A DNA stretch of 64,000 bases from Paraspadella gotoi (GCA_051294375.1 CM119270.1:6315912-6379911), one strand, 5' to 3'. Numbered from the stretch's first letter, positions 1 to 21,611 are shown. Notes: generated from the sequence alone by a model not told the origin. Made by a program: numbers and translations.

Positions 1-908
1 GTTTACCGGTGGCTGTTTTTTTTTGGAAGTTAGAACTGACGGCAGTTTTTTTTTTTTGTTTTTTGTAGATTTGTTTATTGATGTATATTTAAATTTTTTT
101 TAAGTATTTATGTTTATAAAAATACCTACAATCTTGCGTTGTTGGATTCACAACTAAGCAAAAGTAATACTAATGAAAAAGACGATAGTAATTGCGATTA
201 CGATTGTTAGAAAAAATGAGCAATGACAAACTTTATTTGTCGGCGAAGACGACGATGAAAGATAATGACAAACGATGACGATTACAAATGGAGAAACGAC
301 AAAAGTGAAAAGGCAGTGAAGGGATAAAGGGAGGGAGAGAAGATTGAGGTAACTGGGTGAAGGATTCCTTCAACGTTGGTGATGACACGCGACTGAAAGA
401 GTTTGGAGTTCAAAAAAATCCTAAACTCACTTTAAAGTTATGAAATTGTTACTACCAATATAAAATTATCCATTCATTCAATAAATAAGTTAACTTGTCA
501 TCGACGTTAGACAGGCTATAGTTTGTGAATGACTCGTTTATTCACTCCCAGCGTACCTGGCTTCCCTATCAATGAAGTGCTTTTAATAATGTTTTAAAGA
601 ACTGTTTGAATTGTATAAAAATAACAACTTCTTTAAGCATCATGTCATCATGTCATTTCATCATGTCATCCTTAAAGCATCATGTCGTCGTCGTCAGTGT
701 CATCGGTGGTTTTGCTTTCGACTCCATCTTGATACTTTTCTATCGAGATCTACATCTACTTCATCCTAGTCGTCTTCATCGTCATCGTCGTCGTCATCGT
801 TGTCGTCGTCGTTTTCCCTCCCGCCGCCGACAGCCTCCGTTCCCTTTTTATGATTCGCACCATTTCTTCCCAGAAATTGATTCCCTTTTATGACTTTCGC
901 CAAGGTGA

Positions 909-948
<40 letters not shown>

Positions 949-1716
949 ATTGATCAACCATCAGACGGAGCGGATGAAGCGACGAGCTGATGGAAAGACG
1001 TGATGTAGAAAGAGTGATGTGGAAACTGATAACTGATGGAGAGACTATCGACGTCGCTGTTGTTGTTTTTAATTTTCTTTGCGATCAACGCGCAGGTGTT
1101 ACAATTTAATCTACTTCTCTGTCGTCAAGAAAACGAAATAAACGATGGAAGCAAAGTAAAAGAAAATTGAAAAAAAATTAGGATACTGTCTGTCTTTCTT
1201 TCTTTCTTTTTTTCTTTCTCTTTCTCTATCTGTTACAATCTGGCAAAAAACTTCTCATAATTATCAGTTTTTTTAAGTTTTTTGTTTTTGTCCGTCTTCT
1301 TTTTTTTTTCATTCGCACTCCGTTTATTTTCATTTTCTTTCCTTAATTTCGCCTTCACAATAAACCGTTGCTTTCTCAAAAGATAAAACTTAAAACGTCC
1401 ACGAACTATTAAATTCCATGATACTTAGGTCTCTTTAATTTTTGGAGGCTCTTTTTCAATTTTTTTTTAATTTTTTGTCATCTTTACTTCTTTTTATTTT
1501 CGTCCCTCCCTTTTTTCTTCTCTCTCTCTCTCTCTTTTTATTTCTTTTTCGCTTTCTTCTCTCTCTTTCTTTTTTCGTTATTTTCTTTCTTTTTTTCTCT
1601 TTTTCATTTGACTGTTTCTCTTTTTCCTTCACTTTTATTGCTCTCGTTTTCAACTGATTTCACTTTTTCATCCCATCACCGTTTTAGCTTCCGTCTCTTT
1701 TCATTCTCTCTTTCTT

Positions 1717-10302
<8,586 letters not shown>

Positions 10303-10320
10303 AGAGAGAGAGAGAGAGAG

Positions 10321-10368
10321 AGGTCAAAGGTCGAGATGGATGAAAGGTCACGTCGAGATCAAAGGTCG
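10321..10368 (+). promoter_or_regulatory. Cluster of nuclear-receptor DR1-like and TCF/LEF-like sites
   Basis: AGGTCA-A-AGGTCG (10321-10333), AGGTCA (10345-10350) and AGATCA-A-AGGTCG (10356-10368), which contains AGATCAAAGG. Confidence 0.35.
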
Positions 10369-11294
10369 AATCACCTCGAGTGGCGAAGGAAGCGAATTGA
10401 CTCAATCTCAGTCCCTCGTTTGTTACTCTCTCTCTCTCTCGCTCTCTCGCTCTCTCGCTCTCACTCTTACACTCTCTCTCCTCTATCTTTTCTCTCTCAT
10501 CCAGTCTATTTTCTAAGAGTTAAAACCAAGCAATACTATTGTATAAACTACACTAAGTTTATAAACTATTCGCAATAAACATCGACGAAACCCGCAAGAA
10601 ATCAGCCGCAATTAATTTTCTCCCATCGAAATTAACCCAATCTTTTTTTCACCCTTGTCCATCGACTCCCTCTCCTCTCACCCCCTCTTCCGCCCCCCTC
10701 CCTCAGAACCGGGTCAGCCTTTCCCCCCCCCCCACCTTTCATAAAAAAAGTCGTCGTTGGAAATTTGCGTCGTGACTTTTGCGGCGCACGAGGCAAAACC
10801 TAAAGTGGTCAAGCGTAGACGGAAAGAGGAAGAGAGGGGAAGTAGGGAAGGGAGGAAAGAGTGAAACCGAGCCGGAACCGGAAATGGTCGGAGAAGATGA
10901 AGGGAGGGCGCCGAACCGTGACCACGACCCTTGCCGACGGTCGTGGGATGACGGAGGGTGTGGACTGTGGAGGGCTGTGGTTTTCGTGATGTGGGTATGG
11001 GGTAAAGTGAAAACGAGGCTGGAGTGAGATGCGGGTGTTTTAATAATGAAACCGGTATTTCTTCACTGCCACTCGCTCTCAATTTCTTTTCCTTCCCCGT
11101 TTCCCCTGACTTCGCTTTATCCTCCTCATCACCCTCCTCTTCTTCTTCCTCCTCCTCTTCTTTCTCCTCCTCCTCTTTTTCCTCCGCCTCCTCCTCTTTC
11201 CTTCACCAGAGGCGATTTCTCGACCTCCGTGGCCTTTTGACCTTTTCCCACTTTCTCACCTTTTTTCACGAGGAGGGGGCCAAACGAATTTCCC

Positions 11295-11377
<83 letters not shown>

Positions 11378-11705
11378 AACCAGCGTTATGAGCCGATTAC
11401 TTTTTCGACATCAAAAGGAAAGCTGCCAATCCCTCGAAAAACAAAATAGAATTAGTTTTAATATGTGTCACATTTATTTTTTTCCCTTTTTGCCCTTCTG
11501 TCCCTACCCCGATTCTTTCAATCCCAAATCTAACCCTTACCCTTACCCTATCTGTGCATCAATAATCCTGTCTTAAACCGACCGATTATGTTTTTTCCCC
11601 CTCTCCTGACATTTTTCATGCCATCTTATCCCGGCCTTTCTTTTGTCCACCTCTCCCCATTTCCATACACCAACTAACCTTTTTCCCACCTACCCTTTCT
11701 CCAAG

Positions 11706-14700
11706 GACCAGATTTTCCAAGAATTCGATCTTAGCATGACCCCGATCTCTTCCTCTTCAACCTCAATCAGTCACCTCCCCGTCCCTTCCTCTTCCCTCTC
11801 CACCTCTTCCTCCCTTTTCCTCCTCTTCCCCTCCCCGGATTTCCTCCCCTTCTTCCTCTCTTCCCTCTTCCTCTCCCCCCGCCGACCCGATCGCATGATC
11901 CCTCAAGGCTCTCCCTCTCCCTCTTCCTCCCCGCCTCCGTCTCTCCCTTCTCCCTTTCCCTTTTCCCCCTCACCTCCCTCCCTTCCTTTCTCTCCGTCTC
12001 CTCCGCTGGCTGATATTCGATCTCACCGCCAGTTTTCGAAGTTTGTATCGTCAAGTTTTCGAACCCAGTCTGGCGTTGAATCTTTCGCTGAATCAGGCGC
12101 TCGATCAGGCGCCCGATCAGGTGCTCGATCAAACGCCTAGTCAGGCGCCGAATCTCGGTCAGCGTCTTGATCGGTGTCAAGGGTCGACTCAAGGACTCGG
12201 CGAAGGTAAAAGGGATTAAAAATGTAAACTAATCCTTTTCCTTTTCCCTTTCTTTTCCTTTTCCTTTTCCGATTCTTTTCCTTTCTATCATTCCTCTCTC
12301 TTTTTTCCTCGTTTCTTTTTCTTTTCTTTCCTCTCTTTTTCTTTTTATCTTTTTTTCTCTTTCCTTCCATCCTTTCCACCCACTCCATCTCTCCACAGCT
12401 GCCGCCGCCGCATTTCGCCCACAAGTTTCACCACCCTCCGCCCCCTGGGCTTCATCTTCACCCCGTTGGGCCTCCGGGCGGCCCCCCGCTCGGCCCGCCT
12501 CCGCCCGGCCATCCGGGCTTTCCCCACGGTCCCCACGGCCACCCCCACATGCATCCCCACGGCCACCATCATCATCACCACCATCACCACAACGGCGGAC
12601 CACCCTTTCGCCACCACCACCACCTCCAACCACCTCCCGGGCTCGGTGGTCCCCCTCCGGGAAACGGTCACTCCCCAGGAGGCGGTCCACCGAACGGCGG
12701 CCCGGGCGGCCCGCCCCTTCCGAGTCTCTTCCATCCGCTTCAAGATCCGCCTCCACTTCCTCCACACGAGATGGGCGCCGATCATCCTCACAATCAACTC
12801 CCGCCTCCGCCGCCGCCCCATCATCATCACTCGCCCGATCACCCACTCCACCCCGGCAATCACCACCCTCACCACCCTCATCATCATCACCATCATCATC
12901 ATCCGCTACATCATCCGCTCCATCATCCGCTACATCAGCAAGACTCACCGCCTCACGTCGGCAACGGCGGATTACCGACTCCGACTCACTTGGAGGGCGG
13001 CGGCGTCGGCGGTAACGGCGGAGGCGGCGTAGGCGGAGGAGCTTCGCCGAGATCCGGCAGCGTCGGCGAAGGTCGAGATCCGGCGCCGCCGACTCCTCCG
13101 GATTCGGATCATCATCGAGGGGAAGAAGGAGGAAGTCCGCCGGCGAGCGGAGACGAGCATTCGCTGCCGGGAGGAGGAGGAGGAGGTCCGCCGCAGCATC
13201 ATCCGCCGCATCATCTGCAGCATCCGCAGCATCAGAACCACCTGCCGCAGGGCATCGTCTTCGAAAAGGACGGCGCCGGCGGCGCGTTTATCGACGCCGG
13301 GCGTCATTCGCCGAGATCGGCGTCGACGCCGAGGGATTTGCCGGAAATGAAGGCGGCGCCCAGGGATTGGCCGGAAGCTAGGCCCAAGGACTGGCCGGAT
13401 ATAAAGATGGCGCCGAGAGATTGGCCGGAAATCAAAATGGCGCCGAGGGATTGGCCGGAGGCGAGATCGGCGCCGAGATCTCCGGAAACGAGGATCAAAG
13501 TGGAACATCATCAAAACGGGTTCACCCTGCCGAGTAAGGACGTGGAACTGCGAGCATGGCATTGAAACGGCTTCGTCTTGGCATGGAATTTACCTTCGTG
13601 TTTCAATAATCAAATAGTAGCATTGAGGCATGGAAAATAAATGTACTACATTCCGTCACCCTCCGCTTCAAAAAACTTCGAAAACATTTTTTTCGCATGA
13701 GTGAAAAAAAAAAGAAATTCTGCACGCAAAATATGGAATCGCGCCTTATATCCATAACCGCAAAATTGCATGAAAACCATTGTTTAAACCATATCTATCA
13801 GAGTGTTCCAACCTTTTTTTTTCCTTTAGTGTTTTTGTATATATTTCATTTTAATTTATATTACAAAGTTTCTTTTTTCGCCTTTACTGTTTGTTTTAAT
13901 GTTTATTAAATTTCGACTTAGAATTTATTTCGTAGTAAATTATGCTTATCTGTACATGAAACTTTGTATCTACATCTGAACTACAACAACACCTTCAAAA
14001 CTTGATATTACTTTTTCCGTTCAATCCCGCTCCTCGCCGAAATAACTTACTTTTTAAAAACTTCCCCGTTTCCCTTCCAACAGGTCTGCACAGCATCCTC
14101 CACTCTGCCCCCCATCACTTTCCCGACGACCGCGGGGCGCCCACCCCTCCCCATCACCACCACGCCCACCATCATGTCCACCCCCTCGTCCGTGGGGTGG
14201 ACGAGGACGACGACGGCCCCGCCAAGCCGGCCGGGTCGCCGGGGGCGGAAGAGCCCGTCGGGGGCGGGCCAACGGGGCGGCCGTCCGGTCCCTCGATATC
14301 GGGGGCGCATCACGGGGAAGGCGGAATGGCGCAAAGCGTCGCCGGTGAGAGAAGAGAAGAGAATGTGAAAAAAGAAGAAAAGAAAAGAAAAGAGATGAGA
14401 TATGAGAAGAGATAAGGAAATAAAATCAGAATGAGGAAGTGTAATCGATTGAAACGATAAAACGAGCAATGAATTTTTTTCCCCAGGTTCTTACGGGTTG
14501 ACAGCCTCTCAGTTCGATTGGCTGTCCAACATTGATAACCTCAAAGAGTCTGTTCGGTTGGCGGGAACTCACAACTGGCAGGACATTGATATATCTCAGT
14601 TCCAAGGTAAGTTTAATGTGTTTCATTAGTATGACTCACGCCTTTAAAGGTAAGTTTTAATAAATCCGAATTTTTACCCTCTAATACCCATCCAGGCCTG

Positions 14701-15055
14701 ATGGAGTCGATGCGAGCCGCCGACGCCAACAATTGGTCATTGAATCCCGAAGAATTCGCGACGCTGGCGACATCGCTTAACAATTTCTTTCAACAAACCG
14801 GACTTCTTCAAGAGGGCGTCCCAGGTTGGTCGAGAAAATAGAGTTCGGATCAGATATCATTTCAGATAAGAAAAAAATATTTTTATCCTTATCGAGAACC
14901 TAATTCTCATTTTTTTAGTTCCCGGCGTGCCAGGCGCCCTGGCGGCGTTCTCTGTCGGGCCACCTCCGGCGCCCTCCGGTCCCACGTCTGGCGCCAACGA
15001 CGAAAACGGCGCCGCGGAATCGCCAAATACGGCGCCCACCGAAAACGGGATTCAG
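11706..15055 (+). CDS. FOXJ3: FoxJ2/3-family forkhead transcription factor, central exons (11706-12205, 12399-13533, 14084-14344, 14487-14606, 14696-14824, 14919-15055). Forkhead-domain exons not seen in the window
   Basis: GT-AG introns with consistent phases from 12399 onward. The spliced peptide [69 protein letters not shown] matches the recalled FOXJ2/FOXJ3 conserved block (DW...LKES..A...[21 protein letters not shown]...F..L..SLN.FF.QTG). [16 protein letters not shown] at about 12016-12063 matches the FOXJ3 DLSASFRSLYKSVFE motif. The 11706-12205 exon needs one or two indels to stay in frame. The large exon is His/Pro/Gly-rich. Confidence 0.85.
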
Positions 15056-15884
15056 GTGAGAAGAAAAGTTATTTTTTTAAATTAGAGTAGGTTCCGTAAT
15101 CCATTTCATAACTTGTGATGCTGACTATCATTACACTGACGGTGTAGTCATCAAAAAAAACAAATTTCCGTTTTTCAAGCCGCGAGAGGCAGTTCATAAC
15201 TTTATTTTATTATAAAACAAATACTGAAAACTACAAGATCATTGGAAAAAAAATAAGACTATTAATCATAAATGCTATGAATCTTTACATAATTGATTGC
15301 CCAGAACAAATTAGCTACGGTGATTGTATTCAGTGATTGGGTTCAATAATATAAAAATGTCCGAACGAATATTGACTAAAGTAAAGGAACCGAAAATTTA
15401 TTTTAACCCATCCACGACAAAAATAATCATGATCATAAGGATGTGCGATAACTACTAATTAACTTTTTCCGGCACTATCTATATTTTCTATTCTAATAAC
15501 GATTATTTTCTTAACTAAAATTACATAAAACGAGAAATTACGCGAGGCATCAAAAAGTATGATTGATTAATAAGATGTCATCATAATGAATGGTCTGATT
15601 TAATGAAGAAAGCTTTTAGACTAGTGTGACGTAATAAAGTATGAGTTTTGAGCGGGTTTGAACCTCCTTTACATATCGGGTTTAATAAAGCACAAGTTAA
15701 TCGTGACTCTTTTTCGTAACAAAAAAAACATTGAACAAGCGACCCTGCTTCCGGCAAAAAAAAAAAAAAAACCTCTAAAAAACTCTGTTTAAAAATAATT
15801 TAAAGTCCATTCTTGACAAATTTAATGGCTTAATGTTTTACGTGGAAATAAAATGAGATTAAGATGCGTTACATTGAAATGACA

Positions 15885-17624
15885 TCAGGAATGATGCGCG
15901 CGCGAGTTCAAGATGGCGTCTCGATGTCCGATTCTCTCCGCGAATCGAATCGCGTGAATTTTTATTTGATGTCGACGCAAATTTCCTCTTTGGTTGAAGC
16001 TGAGGCCACATTGATTGCAAGAAGTAGGGGCGGAGACCTGGAGAGGAAAGGGGAAAAGAAAAAGGGCAAAAAATTAAAATCAAAACAACTGGAAACAAAA
16101 TCATAGGAGATAATCCACATTGTCAATGTCATTGATAATTTGATTGCCTGAGAATTGCCCAAAATCGATTGAAAACGATTTCAAGCGATTTCCGAAGCAG
16201 CAGTTGGGTTCAAAATTTCAAATCCAAGCAAGCTTTTCAATCAAATTTGAAACAAACGAAACCAACAAATTAAAAAATTAAAAAGTTTCATACAAATCTA
16301 AAAGAAAAACCTGAACTAAGTCTGATGAAAATAAAACTTGAACTTACTTTAAAGCGTTAACCGACGTCATCCAAATGGTTACATTTTTCGCTGTTCTCTT
16401 CAAATAAGGTCTGAAACGAATGTTTTAACGAAATAAAAAAAAATGAACTGAATGAAAAAATACCAAAAAAATAAAAAATAAAAAATAAGAACGAAATTAA
16501 AGTATGATAGAAACTAAGGGAAAAAAATCGCTGTCCTCGAGTTAGTAACAGAAACAAACTAAAAAAAAAGAGCAAAACTAAAAGCAATCAACGTTACAAA
16601 CCGATTCGTCGCAGACACGCAGGGTAAACGGGAGTAAACTCACCCGCGTGGATCATCATGTGCCGAACGAGAGCGTGCTTCCCGGTGAAAGTCTTGCCGC
16701 AGACGCTGCACGAGTTACCCGGCGGCTGCTCTGCCGCGTTAAGACGGGCGGAGGAGCGGTGGCGGACGGAGCGGCGGCGACCACCGTCTTCCTCTGGAAA
16801 TTTAATCAATGTTACGTCGAAGGATTCTTCATTTGATTCTTTACACGCATACATACGCTGCTTGATAAACTTACCGACATGCGAATCCAAGTTTTCCTCG
16901 CCGTAACCAGGATTGGCGGCAAGAGTTTCCATTCCTAAGGGGGAAAAAAAGAGCTATCGTTATCTTTTGTACGTTTTATATAATATATAAGAAACAGAGT
17001 ATATTTTTTAAAGTCTCTTACCTGGGAAACACGGTTGATTGTCCTCCTCTCTCTTCTCCTTCTCCTCTTCCTCCCTCTCCTCCTCCTCTTCATCCTCCCC
17101 CTCGGCCATGGCCACCATGACCACCTCCCCGGCCTCCGTCAACATTTTCTTCACGGAACCCTCGAAGGCGAAGTCCCCGTTGTTGTTGTCGGCGGAGGAA
17201 GAGGAGTTCAAGGGAGTCGAAGGGTCGCCTGAGACAAAAAAAAAAAAAAATTACAATGAAAGGGGGGGATGAAATAGATTTTCAAGATTTTAAGGAGAGC
17301 CAAAAACTGAAATAAATTGGTTTTTAATTCAATTTAATTTGACTCATTCTATTAATTTACTTCATTCACTCGCAAACCCTAACTTGCAAACCCTAACCGC
17401 GAAAACTAACCTTCTCCAGCAGTCGACTCGATCGATCCATTTATGGTCGTAGCAGCAGCCGCAGCTTTCGATCCAGATTTTGATCCGCCCGCAGCAGCCG
17501 AAGTTCCGGCGGGCATCTCGTCCCGATTTCTACATTAAAAGGAACGAATGCCATTAATCATTAATTTAATGTCTGGGAAGAAATAAGTGTTCAAAATAAA
17601 TGAAATTAATATTATAAATTAAAA

Positions 17625-17679
<55 letters not shown>

Positions 17680-20600
17680 ACCCATCGACACACACATACC
17701 TGTGCATCATGTGATGACGCTGAAGGTGAACCCTCTGCGTGAAGCCCTTCTGGCAAATCTCGCACACGAATGGCCGCTCTCCCGTGTGAGTCATGTAGTG
17801 GCGGACGAAGCGACTTTGTTGGTAGAAAACTTTACCACAAAAGTCGCAGGGAAATTGTTTCCGCGCGTCGGGAGGCGACTCCGCGTTGGGCGAGGGGCCG
17901 GCGAGAGGCGAGAGGGCGCCCAGAGGGGGCGGCGCGGGCGGCGCGGTTATCAGAGCTTTGGAGGGCGAAGTTTCTTTGCTGTCGGTGGCGGGGGTGGCGG
18001 TGGAACCCTGAACGGAAAAAAAAAAAAGAAAGGAGATAGAGTTATAAAGTTTGTTTCCTTTTCTTTGTTTAAACACCCATCAATTCCTACTTGGAATCCT
18101 AGAAAATGCAAATTTCCTCTCAACTTCACTTGTCCACCGACCTGAGTCGCAATCAAGGCCGACCCAAAGGGGACCATCGTCGGCGGAGGGGTGAGGGACT
18201 CGGCCGGCGGTGATGGCGACGGAAGCGGCAGCGGCTGCGGCTGCGACCGCTTTCGCAGCGAAGCTCCAGTGGGCCTGGGTGTTTCCTGTGAGTGAATGAA
18301 AAGGAAAAGTTTAATTAAAATTAAAATGTTCAAAAAGAGAAAATAACAGACGAAAATTAAGTTTTTTAATCTTTATGGTTTCTAAATTTGAAAAAAGCTA
18401 CTAAAAACTATCTAATTACCTTAGATGAGCCCATCATTACGACGGTGGTGTAACCGGGAAGAGATTTGGCAGAGGCCAACGACGACGACGACGATGTCAT
18501 AGGAGGGGGGGACATATTAGACTCTTCTAACTTTCGCTTGTTCGTTCCGGTGAATCCAGATGTGGCAGTCCTGAATGGCAAAATAGAGATACTGATACCG
18601 AACGGAATAATGATAAGAATGATTTACTAGTATGCCGTAAGACAAAAAAATGATTTCGTAATAATCAGTTTTGAGGGCCAGACCTTGTTTGCTCCAACTC
18701 CATCTGCTCCTGTGCAGATAACGGCTTCCCGTTGGAGTCGACAGAATGTTGGATGTTGTAGTGATTCTTCAGGTGAATCTGTTGGATGAAGCCTTTCCCG
18801 CATATCGTGCCTAGCATGAAAAAACGTAAAACGTCTATACAATTTTCACGTTTTTTTTATTTAATTTTTATATTTATTTTTATCAGTATTTAGGAAATCT
18901 TAACAATTAAATTTATGCGAAGTAATTACAGGCAAAGGGACGGACTCCGGTGTGGATCATCTGGTGCCGAGTCAGATGCGAGAGTTGGGAGAATCTTTTT
19001 GCGCAAATTTCGCACTTGAAGGGGCGAACCTGGCGGAGAAAGACGCAATTACTAAGTTTCATTTAATTAAATTTAAATTATAAATACTTATCAAATTTTT
19101 TTTCAAATGTACAGTGAAACGTCATCGGTTGGAGTATAAAACGAACCTTAAAATGAGTCAGCATGACGTGCTTGAGCAGCGAATCCCTCGTAGTGTAGAC
19201 GTGCTTGTTACCCGTTCCCTTTTCCGTCGCGCATAGTTCGCAAGTGAACGGGGCCGTTGCCGGCAAGTGAAAGGCGGATAGATGTGCCTGGGTAGGGGCA
19301 AGGGGCAAAGAAAACGGGAATGACCTCAATGCAAAAACCTTCCAGTCATTCTCAAACCGACGACCAACCTCCAGCATCTCCACCCCTTCCGGATTGTTGA
19401 AAGACTCGGGCGTGTCGTTGGGCAGCGGAAGGCTCGGGTCGCAGAGGAGGCAGCCTTGAAGCCAGCTCGCGGCGCGATGGTGCTTCGAGTTCGGATGAAA
19501 CCGAACCGACGACCCGGAGGACGACGACGACGTCGAAGTCGGATTCTTAGATTTCCGGCCTCTTTTCGGCGCCGGTTCCGTCGTCTCGTCCTTCCCCGGC
19601 GGCGCGGGCAAGGCCAGCATGGTAGTCGCCGAGTTCCCGGCGTCAATCGGCGGCGAGGTCGCCGATCCCGACGGGGAACTCTTCATCTCCCGCCACCAGG
19701 GGTCGTAGTCGGGTTGCTGGGCGGCGTCGTCATCGTTATCCTCGTTTTCCTCCGAACTCGCGTCGTTGGTTTCTTCCTCCTCCTTCCCCTCAGATTCTCT
19801 CTTCTCATCTTCATTCTTTTTCGAGGATTCAAGATTCTTAGAATCGTCCCGGGTAACCTTGTCCTTCAAAGACCGCGCTTTGTCCTCGATCGATTTGTCC
19901 ATCGTCGAGCGACGTTTTTCCTCCAATTTGTCCTCCATCTGTTTTTCGGACGGCCCTTCCTCGACCGGTTTGTCCTTATCCTTGTCCTCCGTCGGTTTGT
20001 CCCTAGATGGTCCCGTATTGTCCTCCGCCGGTTTGTCTCGCGACGAAAGTTCCTCTTCATTTCTATTGGCATGCTCGGCGTTCATCCGAAGCGCTTCTTC
20101 CACGGCGCGCCGTTTGTCCACGGTAGTCACGGTCGAGCGCCTTGAAGGAGCGCCGTCGCCCGCTGCCTGACGATTCTGGGAGCCTTCCTCCTCCCCCCTG
20201 ACGATACGTTTGAAGGGCACTCCGTTATTCTCCAGAATTTCCGCCTCTCGCTCGGATTCGACAACGATGGGCTCTACTTTGACTCTATGCGGAGCGGCGG
20301 CGGCTGCGGGGGCCGCGGTGGTGCCGCTGACAACTGATTTTCGCTTGGAGACGACGGCTGCGTCCGCCGCGGCGTTCTGGCGTCGCGAGGGGCTCGTCGG
20401 AGACGGCGGTGAAGGGAAGGAGGCAGGAACGACGGCGGGGACCGAGGGAGGCGTGATGAGCGGCGGACGAGATGATTGAGGAGCCGCTTGTTTAATTGCA
20501 GGACCGGAGACAGACGTCAAAGGCGGCGGCGGAGGGTACGAATGTTGACGCAGTTGCGGGGGCGGCGGCGTCGGTCGGACGGCGACCGGCTGTTGCGGCG

Positions 20601-21611
20601 GCGGGAGCGAGGATCGTATACCCGCCGATGGCAGCGGCTGCTGAGGCGGAGGCGCCACCGACTGCGGCGCCTTCGCAAGAAGATTCGGCGGTGATTGCGA
20701 TTCCTTCTCTCGATGGGCGTTGACGAATTCCGTAGATGCAGCCTCCTGATCGCGACAAAAAGCTTCGGCGCGATTGAAAAAGCGGGTCTCTTTCGACGCC
20801 GCTCCGGCAGCTGTAGCAGCCCCTTGCTCCAGCAGCTCCCCAGCCTCGACTGGCCGCTCCTCCGCGCCAGTGTAGTACACGTGCCCGTCATGAGTGATGC
20901 GAACGAAGAAGGAGCACCCGGTGACCTGGGAAAAAGGTAGGGAGGTCAAAAGGGTTGAGGTCAGAAGTTTTCTAGAATCAAAACAGAAAACCTAAATAGT
21001 GTTAAAAAAAACTTAATGATTAAAAAGATTTATATTAATTTAATCGTTTTTTAAAGTGTTTTTTTTTTTTAATTTGATCACGAGTGTTAAAATTGTTGAA
21101 AATCATCAGACATGTTCGGCCATGTTTTCTACAACAAGACGTAAAAAAGTTCGAAAGTCAAAGATGAGAGAGATTTTGAAATAATTACAAAATTTTAGTT
21201 TTTAAATTAATTTTTGGGAGGTTAAACCAAAATTTATATTTAAATTTTCACCTCGTGAAGTTTGAGCAGCGAAGTGAAGATCAGATCCTTCATTTGAAAG
21301 AATGGTGATTGAGATGAGAGAGCGGCGCCAGGGTCGGTATCGGTATTGTTGGCTGCGTCGGCAGGAAGAATACGATCCTGCGCCGCGGAGAAGGCGGCGC
21401 TGCTGGTGCCCCCGCCGCCGAGGCGCATCGGCGGCACTGGAAAACCAGGAACCAGAGCCGACTCCTTTCGGCCGACTTCGAAACGAGGGCGAAGCATCAT
21501 AGGCGGCACCGCCTCTTCCCTTGAAGCCTCGGCGCGACGAGCGATTCCGAGCGGCGTATGAATCCTCGATACGGGGTAGTCGATCGAGGGATCTTGGAAC
21601 CGACGGTGCAT
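15885..21611 (-). CDS. Multi-C2H2 zinc-finger protein with 7 fingers in 3 clusters. Exons 21611-21252, 20925-19147, 19029-18930, 18810-18684, 18570-18420, 18285-18142, 18007-17700, 17529-17411, 17228-17022, 16934-16644 (with a possible 81-nt intron at 16874-16794), 16037-15885
   Basis: All junctions are GT-AG with matching phases. Fingers: CELC...HVMLTH; [21 protein letters not shown]; [22 protein letters not shown]; [21 protein letters not shown]; [21 protein letters not shown]; [21 protein letters not shown]; [22 protein letters not shown] (the last needs removal of 1 nt at about 16021). TGERPF/TGVRPF linkers. The start codon at 21611 is inferred, and an upstream acceptor lies at 21920. Confidence 0.88.

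Noticed and set aside
12229-13562. Long antisense and alternative-frame ORFs over the His-rich exon (likewise 19326-20940 and 33361-33771)
   Set aside because: Expected shadow ORFs in GC-rich, low-complexity coding sequence.
15091-15099. Possible tiny terminal FoxJ exon (TAG|GTT CCG TAA)
   Set aside because: It needs a 35-nt intron and would omit the conserved C-terminal motif found at 34.3 kb. Cannot be excluded as a minor isoform.
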